Of a stretch of 64,000 nucleotides of DNA, positions 27,144 to 36,933 are shown piece after piece. The DNA is from Escherichia phage P479. The translations under genes and the position numbers were made by a program. The stretch's first letter is position 1. The number at the start of each line of letters is the position of its first letter. The stretch lies in sequence record MW269952.1. One strand, given 5' to 3'. The notes under the pieces are model-generated. The model had not been told where the DNA came from, did no database searches, and worked only from the letters and a program-made list of their open reading frames with translations.

Positions 27144-27900
27144 GCCTCTTATTGAGGCTTCATTTTGCAGTTATCAAAATGCCAACGTTTCATATTGGCT
27201 GGCGTACCGACTACATTACAATGTGGACACTGAATTTTGGGGTCCACCTTTTTCTTCCGGTTTGGATTGGATTTGCAGAATTGTTGGTGAGTGGATATAA
27301 CACACTTTTTACCTTCAAGACCACAAAATTCACAAGTTAAAATTTCATGTTTAGCTTGTTTTAATCCTACTGAAATTTTTTGCTTTTGTTTTTCTGGAAT
27401 AGTATGAACAACCTTGTTTGGACCTTTGGAACAGTTATCAAAATGCCAACGATTCATATTGCCAACGAGACCGGTTTTTCCACAGTGTGGACATTCAACT
27501 CTCGGTTTTAATTTGGCGGATTCTGACATTTTCTTTCTGGTTTCATCGGAGAAAATTTTATTTTGTTGAGCTTCCAAGTTTTTACGACGAAGCCATCCAA
27601 ATAATTTGTTTTTGCTTCTGTCGGCGTTTGGTGAGGAAACTGTCATCATGCGCGCGGCATAGACCAAAGAAGCATTATTTGGATGCATTTTGACCAACAG
27701 TTGATGACAAACGAAATGTTCCTCGGGAGTTAAATCAACAAGATTTGAAGCGTCGTCTGCCCCACCCATACAACGGGGTATAATGTGATGACTTTCAGAG
27801 TATGTGGTTAATTTGCGATTCAATGCTCTGCTAATAAGCTTTTGGTAAATGATGTTATAATTCATATCAGACCCTTGTTTGATACTGCAACGGATAATAT
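27144..27900 (-). mobile_element. Homing-endonuclease insertion between genes 46 and 45
   Basis: Only antisense gene in a co-directional replication-gene block; HNH family. Confidence 0.55.
27149..27865 (-). CDS. Free-standing HNH homing endonuclease with three zinc-ribbon repeats
   Basis: 238 aa from the internal Met (MNYNIIYQKL); HNH motif SHHIIPRCMGGADDASNLVDLTPEEHFVCH; three CPHCGKTG/NMNRWHFDNC-type repeats; AAGGG Shine-Dalgarno. Confidence 0.75.
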   Translation of the reverse strand: MNYNIIYQKLISRALNRKLTTYSESHHIIPRCMGGADDASNLVDLTPEEHFVCHQLLVKMHPNNASLVYAARMMTVSSPNADRSKNKLFGWLRRKNLEAQQNKIFSDETRKKMSESAKLKPRVECPHCGKTGLVGNMNRWHFDNCSKGPNKVVHTIPEKQKQKISVGLKQAKHEILTCEFCGLEGKKCVISTHQQFCKSNPNRKKKVDPKIQCPHCNVVGTPANMKRWHFDNCKMKPQ

Positions 27901-28121
27901 TATTTATGAGCAATTTTTTAACCGGGCAGCATTTACTGGCTGTCCCTGAAATTAAACGGTATGTGTTAGTTAATACCTTTTCGAAAGATGAACACCTTGT
28001 TACTGAACGTGACTTACAAAACGCTTTCGGTGAAGAATATGTTAAAATAATCGCGAACAGACACAATGCCTGGTTCGCATATGAATACTTTGATTAATTG
28101 ATAATGAATAGAGAGAATATT

Positions 28122-28529
28122 ATGAACAACGTAACTGCTAAAGATATCCAAGTTAAAACCATCCGCACCGACGCTAACCCACACAACCAAAACCGCATCC
28201 GCAAATCCTGGGTCCTGGCATGTGATGAAGCATCTGCTGCCCGTCTGCAGTCTCTGCCGCAAGAAGTTAAATTCATGCTGTACGGTGTGATTGATACTGA
28301 TGTATCTGATAAGTGGATTGAACTGATGCGTAATCACTACAACGATTCACTGGCTGCTGGTGCTAAACTGGTTATCGACCGTGACGGTTCCGAACGTCTT
28401 GAAGATGATTATTGTGTTAACTCTGACGACCATCTGGTGCAAGCTGGTTCTATTATTGCTGCGCAACTTCCAGAGTATATTGAATCTCTTCCAGAAGCTA
28501 TCCGCAAACAAATGGCAGTTGTTGCTTAA
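28122..28529 (+). CDS. rpbA: Hypothetical protein, RpbA-like by position
   Basis: 135 aa from ATG 28122; sits between genes 46 and 45 where T4 encodes RpbA; sequence not verified. Confidence 0.35.
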   Translation: MNNVTAKDIQVKTIRTDANPHNQNRIRKSWVLACDEASAARLQSLPQEVKFMLYGVIDTDVSDKWIELMRNHYNDSLAAGAKLVIDRDGSERLEDDYCVNSDDHLVQAGSIIAAQLPEYIESLPEAIRKQMAVVA

Positions 28530-28559
28530 TTAATTTTGATTTGAATAAAAGGTAATTAA

Positions 28560-29255
28560 ATGAAATTCTCTAAAGACACTATCGCAGTTCTGAAAAACTT
28601 CACTTCCATTTACTCTGGCATTATGCTTAAGCCAGGTAATACCATCCTGACTCGTTCTGTAACTGGAGCGTCATATGGTGAATCTGAAATCAATGATACA
28701 ATCGACTTTGAAGCTGCAATTTATGACCTGAACGGCTTCTTAAGTATCCTGGGCCTGGTAACTGACCAAGCCGAAGTATCTCTGGCTGAAGATGCATCGA
28801 ATATCATTATCAAAGACCAACGTTCAACGATTCACTGGCCAGCGGCTGACCCGAGCACTATCGTGTTCCCTGCTAAGAAGATTCCTTTCCCGGTAGCTAA
28901 GGTTATCTTCGACCTGAAAGGCAGTGACTTGCAGCAGCTTCTGCGTGTGGCTGGCGGTTTGTCTCTGGATACCTTTGCAATCACCAACAAAGACGGTAAG
29001 ATTGTTATCCATGGTTATAACCAGCTCGAAGATAAAGAATTAGCGCGCCCATTGTATTCCCTGGTGTGTGGTGATTATGAAGGCGATGCAGCGTTCAAAT
29101 TTATCATTAACAAACTGAACATGAAAATGATTCCGGCTGATTACCGTGTTATGCTTTGGGCGAAAGATGATAAATTTGCTACGAAGTTTGAAGGCACACA
29201 AGCAAGCTATGTGATTGCAATGGAACAAGGCTCTAGCCACGAATTCCAAGATTAA
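28560..29255 (+). CDS. 45: Sliding clamp gp45
   Basis: 231 aa; SGIMLK, IHWPAADPST, FPVA, LQQLLRV, KFEG match T4 gp45. Confidence 0.95.
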   Translation: MKFSKDTIAVLKNFTSIYSGIMLKPGNTILTRSVTGASYGESEINDTIDFEAAIYDLNGFLSILGLVTDQAEVSLAEDASNIIIKDQRSTIHWPAADPSTIVFPAKKIPFPVAKVIFDLKGSDLQQLLRVAGGLSLDTFAITNKDGKIVIHGYNQLEDKELARPLYSLVCGDYEGDAAFKFIINKLNMKMIPADYRVMLWAKDDKFATKFEGTQASYVIAMEQGSSHEFQD

Positions 29256-29258
29256 TAA

Positions 29259-29276
29259 ATGGGGCTTCGGCCCCAT
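29259..29276 (+). promoter_or_regulatory. UUCG-tetraloop hairpin between genes 45 and 44
   Basis: ATGGGGC-TTCG-GCCCCAT with no T-run after it. Confidence 0.45.
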
Positions 29277-29311
29277 GGAGTACAAAGTAGAAACTAATAT
29301 GAGGAAAATAT

Positions 29312-30271
29312 ATGTTAACGGTTAATGACAAAGAATTCATGTGGGAACAAAAATACCGCCCAGGTACATTATCAGAGTGTATTCTCCCGGCTCATGATAA
29401 AGAAACATTAGAGGCGATTGTTAAAAAAGGTTTGATTCCTAACTTGATTCTGGTCAGTAGTTCCCCTGGTACTGGTAAGACAACAGTTGCAAAAGCTATG
29501 TGCGCAGATACGAATTCTGATATGCTGTTTGTTAACGGCTCCGATTGTCGAATTGACTTTGTGCGTAATGAATTGACTCGCTTTGCATCATCCAAATCAA
29601 TCGAAGGTCGCCGCAAGGTAATCGTTATCGATGAGTTCGACCGTGCAGGTCTGGCTGAATCACAACGGCACCTCCGTAGCTTTATGGAAGCTTATTCGAG
29701 CAACTGTTCAATCATTATGACCGCGAACAATATCGATGGCATTATCACTCCGTTGCAGTCTCGTTGTCGCGTCATTAAGTTTGGTGAAGCAACTCCGGCT
29801 GACCAGACTACCATGATGAAAGAGATGATTCATCGTGCAGTTGCGGTATGTAAAAACGAAGGCGTTGAAATCGAAGACCTGAAAGTTGTTGCTGCTCTGG
29901 TTAAGCATAATTTCCCGGACCTGCGTAAGACAATTAACGAGCTTGACCGTTACTCTGCAAAGGGTGTTATCGATTCTGGTATTCTGAGCATCGTAACAAA
30001 CAATCGCACGCCAATTGATGATGTGATTGATGCCCTTAAGGACCGTAACTTTAAAGTTCTCCGTGGTCTGGCTCCTAAGCATGCAAATGATTATTCAAGC
30101 TTCATTGCAAAGCTGGCTGATGAAATGTATGGCAAACTGACTGGTGCAAGTATCATCCGTATGTATGAGATTGTGGGTGAGAACAATCAGTATCATGGCA
30201 TTGCGGCCAATACCGAAGTTCACTTGACTTATCTGTTTGCTCAACTGGCTGGGGAAATGAAATGGCTGTAA
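29312..30271 (+). CDS. 44: Clamp-loader large subunit gp44 (AAA+)
   Basis: 319 aa; Walker A SPGTGKTT, VIVIDEFDRAGLAESQRHLRSFMEAYSSNCSII and C-terminal EIVGENNQYHGIAANTE match T4 gp44. Confidence 0.95.
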   Translation: MLTVNDKEFMWEQKYRPGTLSECILPAHDKETLEAIVKKGLIPNLILVSSSPGTGKTTVAKAMCADTNSDMLFVNGSDCRIDFVRNELTRFASSKSIEGRRKVIVIDEFDRAGLAESQRHLRSFMEAYSSNCSIIMTANNIDGIITPLQSRCRVIKFGEATPADQTTMMKEMIHRAVAVCKNEGVEIEDLKVVAALVKHNFPDLRKTINELDRYSAKGVIDSGILSIVTNNRTPIDDVIDALKDRNFKVLRGLAPKHANDYSSFIAKLADEMYGKLTGASIIRMYEIVGENNQYHGIAANTEVHLTYLFAQLAGEMKWL

Positions 30272-30840
30272 GTCTCTTTGATGATGACGTTCAATTAAAC
30301 GAACATGAGGTTGCGTGGAAATCACGCGACTTTAACAAAATTCAGGAATTGTCCGATTCATACAAAGAGAAAGCAGAAAATGAATTGTTCGCGATTCTTA
30401 ATGACATAACCGTTAGCAAAAAACCACGGAATCTGATTCAATCGGAAAACTACAATAAATTCTGGCTGGATAACGCATTGAGTCAACATGTTGATTGCAT
30501 CATGCAGGTGAACGTGATGAACTTAATCGGTTCTGGGTTAACAGACCAACAGCATTATAATTATTTGCTGCATGCAGTTCCACAAGGCAAGCGTTATGGC
30601 AAATGGGCCAAGGCTGAACCGGATGTAGTCAACGTCCAGCTTGTGCTCAAGCTTTTAATGAAATATTATACAATTAATGCAGATGATGCTTTGATGTATA
30701 TGGAAACATTGAAAGTCAAAGGTAGTCTTAAAGATGTTTTGAAAAAGACAAAAGGTCTGGTAACGGATGAATTCTTAAAGACCGTTACCAGTAATGTGAA
30801 AGAACAAAAAGAAATTAAAAAACAAATATTGGAATGGTAA
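30262..30840 (+). CDS. 62: Clamp-loader small subunit gp62
   Basis: 192 aa; DDVQLNEH.VAW, FKEKAENE, MNLIGSGL, GKRYGKWAK, KGLVTD.FLK.VT.NVKEQK match T4 gp62. Confidence 0.9.
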   Translation: MAVSLFDDDVQLNEHEVAWKSRDFNKIQELSDSYKEKAENELFAILNDITVSKKPRNLIQSENYNKFWLDNALSQHVDCIMQVNVMNLIGSGLTDQQHYNYLLHAVPQGKRYGKWAKAEPDVVNVQLVLKLLMKYYTINADDALMYMETLKVKGSLKDVLKKTKGLVTDEFLKTVTSNVKEQKEIKKQILEW

Positions 30841-30841
30841 A

Positions 30842-31210
30842 ATGATTGAAATTACATTAAAGCAACCTGAAGACTTCCTGAAAGTTAAAGAAACTCTGAC
30901 CCGTATGGGCATCGCAAATAATAAAGACCGTGTGCTGTACCAGAGCTGCCACATCCTCCAGAAGCAAGGTCGTTATTATATTGTTCACTTCAAAGAAATG
31001 CTGCGCATGGATGGTCGTCAGGTGGATATTGACGGCGAAGACTATCAGCGCCGTGATTCCATCGCTCAACTGCTCGAAGACTGGGGCTTAATCGCTATTA
31101 AAGAAGAAGAGCATAATGAATTGTTCGCAGTAACAAATAACTTCCGTGTTATCTCCTTCAAACAAAAAGACGACTGGAAGCTCGTAGCCAAATATACAAT
31201 TGGTAATTGA
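30842..31210 (+). CDS. regA: Translational repressor RegA
   Basis: 122 aa; MIEITLK.PEDFLKVKETLTRMGIANNKD.VLYQSCHILQK nearly identical to T4 RegA. Confidence 0.95.
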   Translation: MIEITLKQPEDFLKVKETLTRMGIANNKDRVLYQSCHILQKQGRYYIVHFKEMLRMDGRQVDIDGEDYQRRDSIAQLLEDWGLIAIKEEEHNELFAVTNNFRVISFKQKDDWKLVAKYTIGN

Positions 31211-31427
31211 TATGAAGCATGAAATTGAAACATGTGAACGCCTTAAAGAAGTATACGGACTTTCCCCAACTCAAACTATTTTTGACCTTTCCGAAGAACT
31301 TCAAATAGAATTTCAAAAGGAACTCAATAAATTATTGCATCCTGGTCAGAGAGTCTTCCAGGCTATGGTTAGAACTAAAGATGAAAATGGTAATCCGACC
31401 ATCGAACGTCGTACAATAGAAATTTAA
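31200..31427 (+). CDS. Hypothetical protein
   Basis: 75 aa; between regA and gene 43. Confidence 0.4.
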   Translation: MVIDMKHEIETCERLKEVYGLSPTQTIFDLSEELQIEFQKELNKLLHPGQRVFQAMVRTKDENGNPTIERRTIEI

Positions 31428-31430
31428 AGC

Positions 31431-31452
31431 AAAGGGACTTCGGTCCCTTTTG
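31431..31452 (+). terminator. Rho-independent terminator (UUCG tetraloop)
   Basis: AAAGGGAC-TTCG-GTCCCTTT then TTG; followed by a TAGTATAAT promoter-like box. Confidence 0.65.
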
Positions 31453-31512
31453 TAGTATAATAGCGTCAAGTCATAAAACAAAAGTCAATCACTCGACTAT
31501 AAAGGAAACCAA

Positions 31513-34227
31513 ATGCAAGAATTTTATTTAACTATCGAACAAATCGGTGACAACCTACACGAACGATATATTGACAAGAATGGTCATGAACGTGTTCGTG
31601 AAATCCCTTATGCTCCATGCTTGTTTATGCACGCCCGTGAAGACCAGGCTGCAAAGTATACAGACATCTATAATAAAGGTTGTGTGAAAAAAGAATTCGA
31701 TTCCATGCGTGATGCATCCCAGTGGATGAAGCGAATGAATGACATGGGTCTCGAAGCTATGGGTATGGATGACTTTAAACTCGCATACTTGTCCGACCGT
31801 TACCCACACGAAATCAAATATGATTCAAGTAAAATCCGTGTTGCTAACTTCGATATCGAGGTGACATCTCCTGACGGGTTCCCTGAGCCGTCTGAAGCAC
31901 GTCACCCTATTGATGCCCTGACGCACTATGATTCGGTAGACGATAAATTCTATGTCTTTGACCTTTTGGGCTCACCATACGCCACTGTGGAGCAATGGTC
32001 TATTGATATTGCTGCTAAGCTGCAGGAAGACGGTGGTGATGAAGTCCCTGAAGAAATCCTGGAAAAAATTGTTTATATGGCTTTCGATTCAGAAGAAGAA
32101 ATGCTCCAGCAGTATTTGGTATTCTGGAACGAGAAAACTCCGGTTATGTTAACTGGTTGGAACATTGAGAAGTTTGATATTCCATATATCTACAACCGCC
32201 TTAAAAATGTATTTGGTGAAGCTACAGCAAAACGTCTGAGCCCACATCGTCGTACAAAAGTTAAGGTCATTAACAACGGCTTTGGTGAAGAACAAGAAAT
32301 CATTCAGATTCTGGGTATCTCTGTTCTGGATTATCTGGACCTGTATAAAAAGTTCAGCTTCACAAACCAACCGTCTTATTCGTTGGATTATGTTGCGGAA
32401 TCTGAACTGGGTGTTGGTAAACTCCCGTATGATGGCCCGATTTCTAAACTGCGCGAATCAAATCACCAGCGGTATATTTCTTATAACATCATCGACGTTT
32501 ATCGTGTTGTGCAGATTGACCGTAAGCGGCAGTTTATTAACCTGAGTCAGTCAATGGGTTATTATGCAAAGATGCAGATTCAGTCTGTATTCAGCCCAAT
32601 CAAAACTTGGGATGCGATTATCTTTAACAGCCTGAAGACTCAAAACAAAGTCATTCCGGAAACCAAATCGCATGTTCGTCAATCGTTCCCTGGTGCATTT
32701 GTTAAGGAACCGATTCCAAACGCGTACAAATATGTAATGAGCTGTGACTTAACATCTCTGTATCCGAGCATCATCCGACAGATTAACATCAGTCCAGAAA
32801 CGATTGCCGGTTCATTTGCTCCAGCCCAGATGTATGAATACATCGCAGGAACTGCTGACCGTCCATCTGATACATTTAGTTGTGCTCCAAATGGTATGAT
32901 GTATTTTAAAGATGTTGCGGGTATTATTCCGACAGAAGTCACCAAGGTGTTTAATCAGCGTAAAGAACACAAAGGCTATATGCTTGCGGCTCAACGTAAT
33001 GGTGAACTGATTAAGGAAGCTCTGCGTAATCCAGGAACTGGTACAACCGAGCCTGAAGTTGATTATCGTTATGACTTTGATGATAATATGAAAACAACCT
33101 TGCATGGTCTGAATCAAACAGTTCTGAATGGTATGTTGTACAAAGCGCAGATGGAAGAAGTTGCAGGCATGACCGCACAGATTAACCGTAAACTACTTAT
33201 CAACAGTTGTTATGGTGCTCTGGGTAATATCTGGTTCCGTTACTTTGACCTGCGAAATGCGACCGCGATTACATCTTTCGGACAACTTGCATTGCAGTGG
33301 ATTGAGCGTAAAGTTAACGAATACTTCGATAGTGTTTGTGGGACAAGCGGCGAAACTTATGTATTCTATGGCGATACTGACTCCATTTATATCCAGTGCG
33401 ATAACCTGATTAAAAAGGTTGGTGGCGAATCTAAATTCCGTGATACAAACCACCTGGTTGACTTCATGGACAAGTTTGCGAAAGACCGTCTGGAACCGGC
33501 AATCGATAAAGCTTTCCGTGAGCTGGCTGAATACATGAACAACAAACAGCACCTTATGTTTATGGACCGTGAAGCGATTGCATGTCCTCCGCTAGGTTCT
33601 AAAGGTGTGGGTGGATTCTGGACGGCGAAGAAGCGTTATGCGCTGAACGTGTACGATATGGAAGGCACACGATATGCTGTTCCGAAACTGAAAATCATGG
33701 GTCTGGAAACTCAAAAGTCGAGTACTCCAAAGGCATGTCAGAAAGCTCTGAAAGAATGTATCCGCCGTATGCTGCAAGAAGGTGAAGAATCTCTGCAGAC
33801 ATACTTCAAGGAATTCAATAAGGAATTTAATGAGCTTAACTACATGACCATCGCTGGTGTATCATCGGTTAACAACATCCAGAAATATAATGAAGGTGGT
33901 TTCCCTGGATTTAAGTGTCCGGCTCATATCAAAGGTGTGCTTGCATATATGCGTGCAACTAAAGGCCTGAAGACTGTTCCACAAATCATGGAAGGGGAAA
34001 AGGTGTATGTACTTCCTCTTAAAGTTGGCAACCCGTTTGGTGAAACCGTGATTGCATGGCCATCAGGGATTGAACTCCCGATTGAAATTCGTGACCAAGT
34101 CCTGCAGTGGATGGACTACAACACACTGTTCCAGAAGACTTTTGTTAAGCCATTAACAGGTTTCTCTGAAGCCGCAAAGGTTGATTACGAAAAGAAAGCA
34201 ACTCTTTTTGACATGTTTGACTTTTAA
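31513..34227 (+). CDS. 43: DNA polymerase gp43 (family B, with 3'-5' exonuclease)
   Basis: 904 aa; exo motifs FDIEV and YNIIDV, polymerase motifs SLYPSII, KILINSCYG and YGDTDS; no intron. Confidence 0.95.
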   Translation: MQEFYLTIEQIGDNLHERYIDKNGHERVREIPYAPCLFMHAREDQAAKYTDIYNKGCVKKEFDSMRDASQWMKRMNDMGLEAMGMDDFKLAYLSDRYPHEIKYDSSKIRVANFDIEVTSPDGFPEPSEARHPIDALTHYDSVDDKFYVFDLLGSPYATVEQWSIDIAAKLQEDGGDEVPEEILEKIVYMAFDSEEEMLQQYLVFWNEKTPVMLTGWNIEKFDIPYIYNRLKNVFGEATAKRLSPHRRTKVKVINNGFGEEQEIIQILGISVLDYLDLYKKFSFTNQPSYSLDYVAESELGVGKLPYDGPISKLRESNHQRYISYNIIDVYRVVQIDRKRQFINLSQSMGYYAKMQIQSVFSPIKTWDAIIFNSLKTQNKVIPETKSHVRQSFPGAFVKEPIPNAYKYVMSCDLTSLYPSIIRQINISPETIAGSFAPAQMYEYIAGTADRPSDTFSCAPNGMMYFKDVAGIIPTEVTKVFNQRKEHKGYMLAAQRNGELIKEALRNPGTGTTEPEVDYRYDFDDNMKTTLHGLNQTVLNGMLYKAQMEEVAGMTAQINRKLLINSCYGALGNIWFRYFDLRNATAITSFGQLALQWIERKVNEYFDSVCGTSGETYVFYGDTDSIYIQCDNLIKKVGGESKFRDTNHLVDFMDKFAKDRLEPAIDKAFRELAEYMNNKQHLMFMDREAIACPPLGSKGVGGFWTAKKRYALNVYDMEGTRYAVPKLKIMGLETQKSSTPKACQKALKECIRRMLQEGEESLQTYFKEFNKEFNELNYMTIAGVSSVNNIQKYNEGGFPGFKCPAHIKGVLAYMRATKGLKTVPQIMEGEKVYVLPLKVGNPFGETVIAWPSGIELPIEIRDQVLQWMDYNTLFQKTFVKPLTGFSEAAKVDYEKKATLFDMFDF

Positions 34228-34296
34228 GTGTTTACAACGGCAATGGATTGCCGTATGATTACCGCATCAACTGATGAATAACTTAAGGATATTAAA

Positions 34297-34539
34297 ATGG
34301 AAACATTAATTGCGGGTACTGTTGTTCTTGGGGCTGGTTCTTTCTTCCTGGCTGCACTGACATATTTTCTGCCGTGGATTATCGCGCTGCTGCGTGGTAC
34401 CAAAAGTAATTGCGGAATCTTCTTTGTTAACCTCCTGTTAGGTTGGACAATGGTCGGATGGTTTATTGCATTTATCTGGGCACTCGTTGCTGAACGTAAA
34501 TCAAACGCACAAGTAATTATCATCAAGGAAGCAAAATGA
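34297..34539 (+). CDS. imm: Small membrane protein, Imm-like by position
   Basis: 80 aa; two transmembrane helices; directly after gene 43 as in T4. Confidence 0.4.
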   Translation: METLIAGTVVLGAGSFFLAALTYFLPWIIALLRGTKSNCGIFFVNLLLGWTMVGWFIAFIWALVAERKSNAQVIIIKEAK

Positions 34540-34680
34540 AGATAATTACAATTATTGTACTGATTGCATTTTTTAGTATGTCAATCTACTGGGCAATAAT
34601 GACTCCACATATGATTCCAACTTTAATTTTGGGTTGGGTATTTTTGGGGCTCCAAGCCCGCTATGAATGTTTTAATTAGG
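34537..34680 (+). CDS. Hypothetical small membrane protein
   Basis: 47 aa (MKIITIIVLIAFFSMSIYWAIMTP...), below ORF-track cutoff. Confidence 0.3.
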
Positions 34681-34687
34681 AAGCAAA

Positions 34688-35191
34688 ATGAAAAAGTTAG
34701 CTATCGCAGCTGTTATGCTGCTATCTGGTTGTGCTTACCAGGGCGATGTTGTTAATGCCAACGAGATTGGTAAAGCGCGAATTGCTGCAGACCGTCAGGT
34801 GCACAATGGTTCCTTTGATTTCAAAGGTGGTACTGGACTTATCTACAAACGCGACAACAATCAATGTGGAAACAACTGCGCGAAATATGCTCAACAAGAA
34901 ATTGAGTACAAACGCGAGCAAGCTGCGAAGCATGACGAAATCATTGCCAAGCTGGAAGCAGAAACCAAGCGACAAAATGACCTGGATACTGTTAACCAGA
35001 TTTCACAGGTCTGCATGTCATACATCAATATGCAGATAAACATCATGCGCGCAGAAGCTTATCAGGCAGCAGAGACGGGTTCTCCAAAAGCTAATGAGTA
35101 CCGCGATATGTATCAGCGTTCTGCTCAAAACCGTCTGAGCTATATTAATAAATGTGTAGCTAAAGAGAAAGCACGCCAAGGTATTAACTAA
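34688..35191 (+). CDS. Predicted lipoprotein
   Basis: 167 aa; signal peptide with lipobox LLSGC; occupies the slot where T4 has gene 42 and beta-gt. Confidence 0.5.
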   Translation: MKKLAIAAVMLLSGCAYQGDVVNANEIGKARIAADRQVHNGSFDFKGGTGLIYKRDNNQCGNNCAKYAQQEIEYKREQAAKHDEIIAKLEAETKRQNDLDTVNQISQVCMSYINMQINIMRAEAYQAAETGSPKANEYRDMYQRSAQNRLSYINKCVAKEKARQGIN

Positions 35192-35420
35192 ACAAACTGC
35201 GAGAAGAATATTATGATTGGTATGTTATTGATTAGCCTATGGTTGTTGTCTGCATTTGGTATTGGTTTTATGTACTGGTGGGACAAACGTCAGACCCGGA
35301 AGATTGTTGAACGTGCAATTAATCGTGGATTCAATCGTTAATTGCTCTGAAAATACAGTGATATAATTATCCTATCTTAAACCTGTGAGAAAAATATAAT
35401 GGTGCCTATGGAAAAAATGA

Positions 35421-36599
35421 ATGTCTATTGCAGATTTGAAATCCCGTTTGATTAAAGCTTCTACATCCAAAATGACCGCGACTCTTACCAAGTCCAAGTT
35501 TTTTAATGATAAAGATGTAGTTCGTACAAAAATCCCGATGCTGAACATTGCAATCAGCGGTGCACTAGATGGTGGTATGCAGTCAGGTTTGACTATTTTT
35601 GCTGGTCCGTCAAAACACTTTAAATCCAATATGGGTTTAACGATGGTCTCTGCATATATGAACAAATACCCCGATGCAATCTGTTTGTTCTATGATTCAG
35701 AATTTGGTATCACAGAAGCATATCTTCGTGCAATGAAAGTTGACCCGGAACGTGTTATCCACACGCCAATCCAGTCGGTTGAACAATTGAAAGTTGATAT
35801 GGTTAACCAGCTTGAAGCAATTGAGCGTGGTGAAAAAGTCATTATCTTTATTGACTCAATCGGTAACATGGCGTCGAAAAAAGAAACAGAAGATGCGATG
35901 AACGAAAAAGTTGTTGGCGATATGACTCGTGCTAAATCCCTGAAATCTCTGTTCCGTATTGTTACTCCATATTTTAGCATCAAGGATATTCCTTGTGTCG
36001 CGGTTAACCATACAATCGAGACGATTGAGATGTACAGTAAAACCGTTATGACCGGCGGTACAGGTGTTATGTATTCCGCGGACACCGTATTCATTATCGG
36101 TAAACGTCAGATTAAAGAAACTGGTAAAGAACTTGAAGGCTTCCAATTTGTTCTGAACGCCGAAAAATCCCGTATGGTCAAAGAGAAAAGTAAATTCTTC
36201 ATTGATGTAAAATTCGATGGGGGTATTGACCCGTATTCTGGCCTGCTTGATATGGCAATGGAAATCGGATTTGTGGTGAAACCAAAAGTTGGTTGGTATA
36301 ACCGTGAATATCTTGATGTTGAGACCGGTGAAATGGTCCGCGAAGAAAAATCATGGCGTGCAAAAGATACTAACTGCACCGAATTCTGGGGCCCGCTGTT
36401 CAAACACGAACCTTTCCGTGATGCAATCAAACGCCATTACCAACTGGGTGCAATCGATAGCAATGCTGTTGTTGATGCCGAAGTTGATGCGCTTATTGCT
36501 TCCAAGGTTGAAAAATACACTGCTCCTGAAGGTAAGACAAAACCGTCCGCTGCAGATATCGAAAACGATTTAGATATGATGGAAGACCTTGATGAATGA
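35421..36599 (+). CDS. uvsX: RecA-like recombinase UvsX
   Basis: 392 aa; DLKSRLIKASTSK..., Walker A GPSKHFKS, close match to T4 UvsX along its length. Confidence 0.95.
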   Translation: MSIADLKSRLIKASTSKMTATLTKSKFFNDKDVVRTKIPMLNIAISGALDGGMQSGLTIFAGPSKHFKSNMGLTMVSAYMNKYPDAICLFYDSEFGITEAYLRAMKVDPERVIHTPIQSVEQLKVDMVNQLEAIERGEKVIIFIDSIGNMASKKETEDAMNEKVVGDMTRAKSLKSLFRIVTPYFSIKDIPCVAVNHTIETIEMYSKTVMTGGTGVMYSADTVFIIGKRQIKETGKELEGFQFVLNAEKSRMVKEKSKFFIDVKFDGGIDPYSGLLDMAMEIGFVVKPKVGWYNREYLDVETGEMVREEKSWRAKDTNCTEFWGPLFKHEPFRDAIKRHYQLGAIDSNAVVDAEVDALIASKVEKYTAPEGKTKPSAADIENDLDMMEDLDE

Positions 36600-36933
36600 T
36601 ATCGATTTATCTGATTTAGATAATTTCGAGAAAGATGCGGAGGGAGCTAAGGCTCCTTCTGTACCTTACTACGAAAAAAGTTTGGAGATTATCCGGCAAT
36701 CCATGGGAACTGTGCGACAGGAAATTCTGTTATCACTCCCTGATGGGTCCAGTCACATTGTGTACGTAACCGGAATTAAAATTGAACCATCTGGAAAAGT
36801 TTCAGTTGATTTCGGCACCCCTTCTGAAGACCGCAAAGCGGAGCTTGCAGTGCATGTAGAAAAGTGTGTTACAATGCAAATACAAGATGAAATTGATAAG
36901 ATTAAAATGAAAAAGAGGTGGTGGAAGTGGTAG
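36589..36933 (+). CDS. 40: Hypothetical protein, gp40-like by position
   Basis: 114 aa between uvsX and gene 41 as in T4; sequence not verified. Confidence 0.4.
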   Translation: MMNDIDLSDLDNFEKDAEGAKAPSVPYYEKSLEIIRQSMGTVRQEILLSLPDGSSHIVYVTGIKIEPSGKVSVDFGTPSEDRKAELAVHVEKCVTMQIQDEIDKIKMKKRWWKW

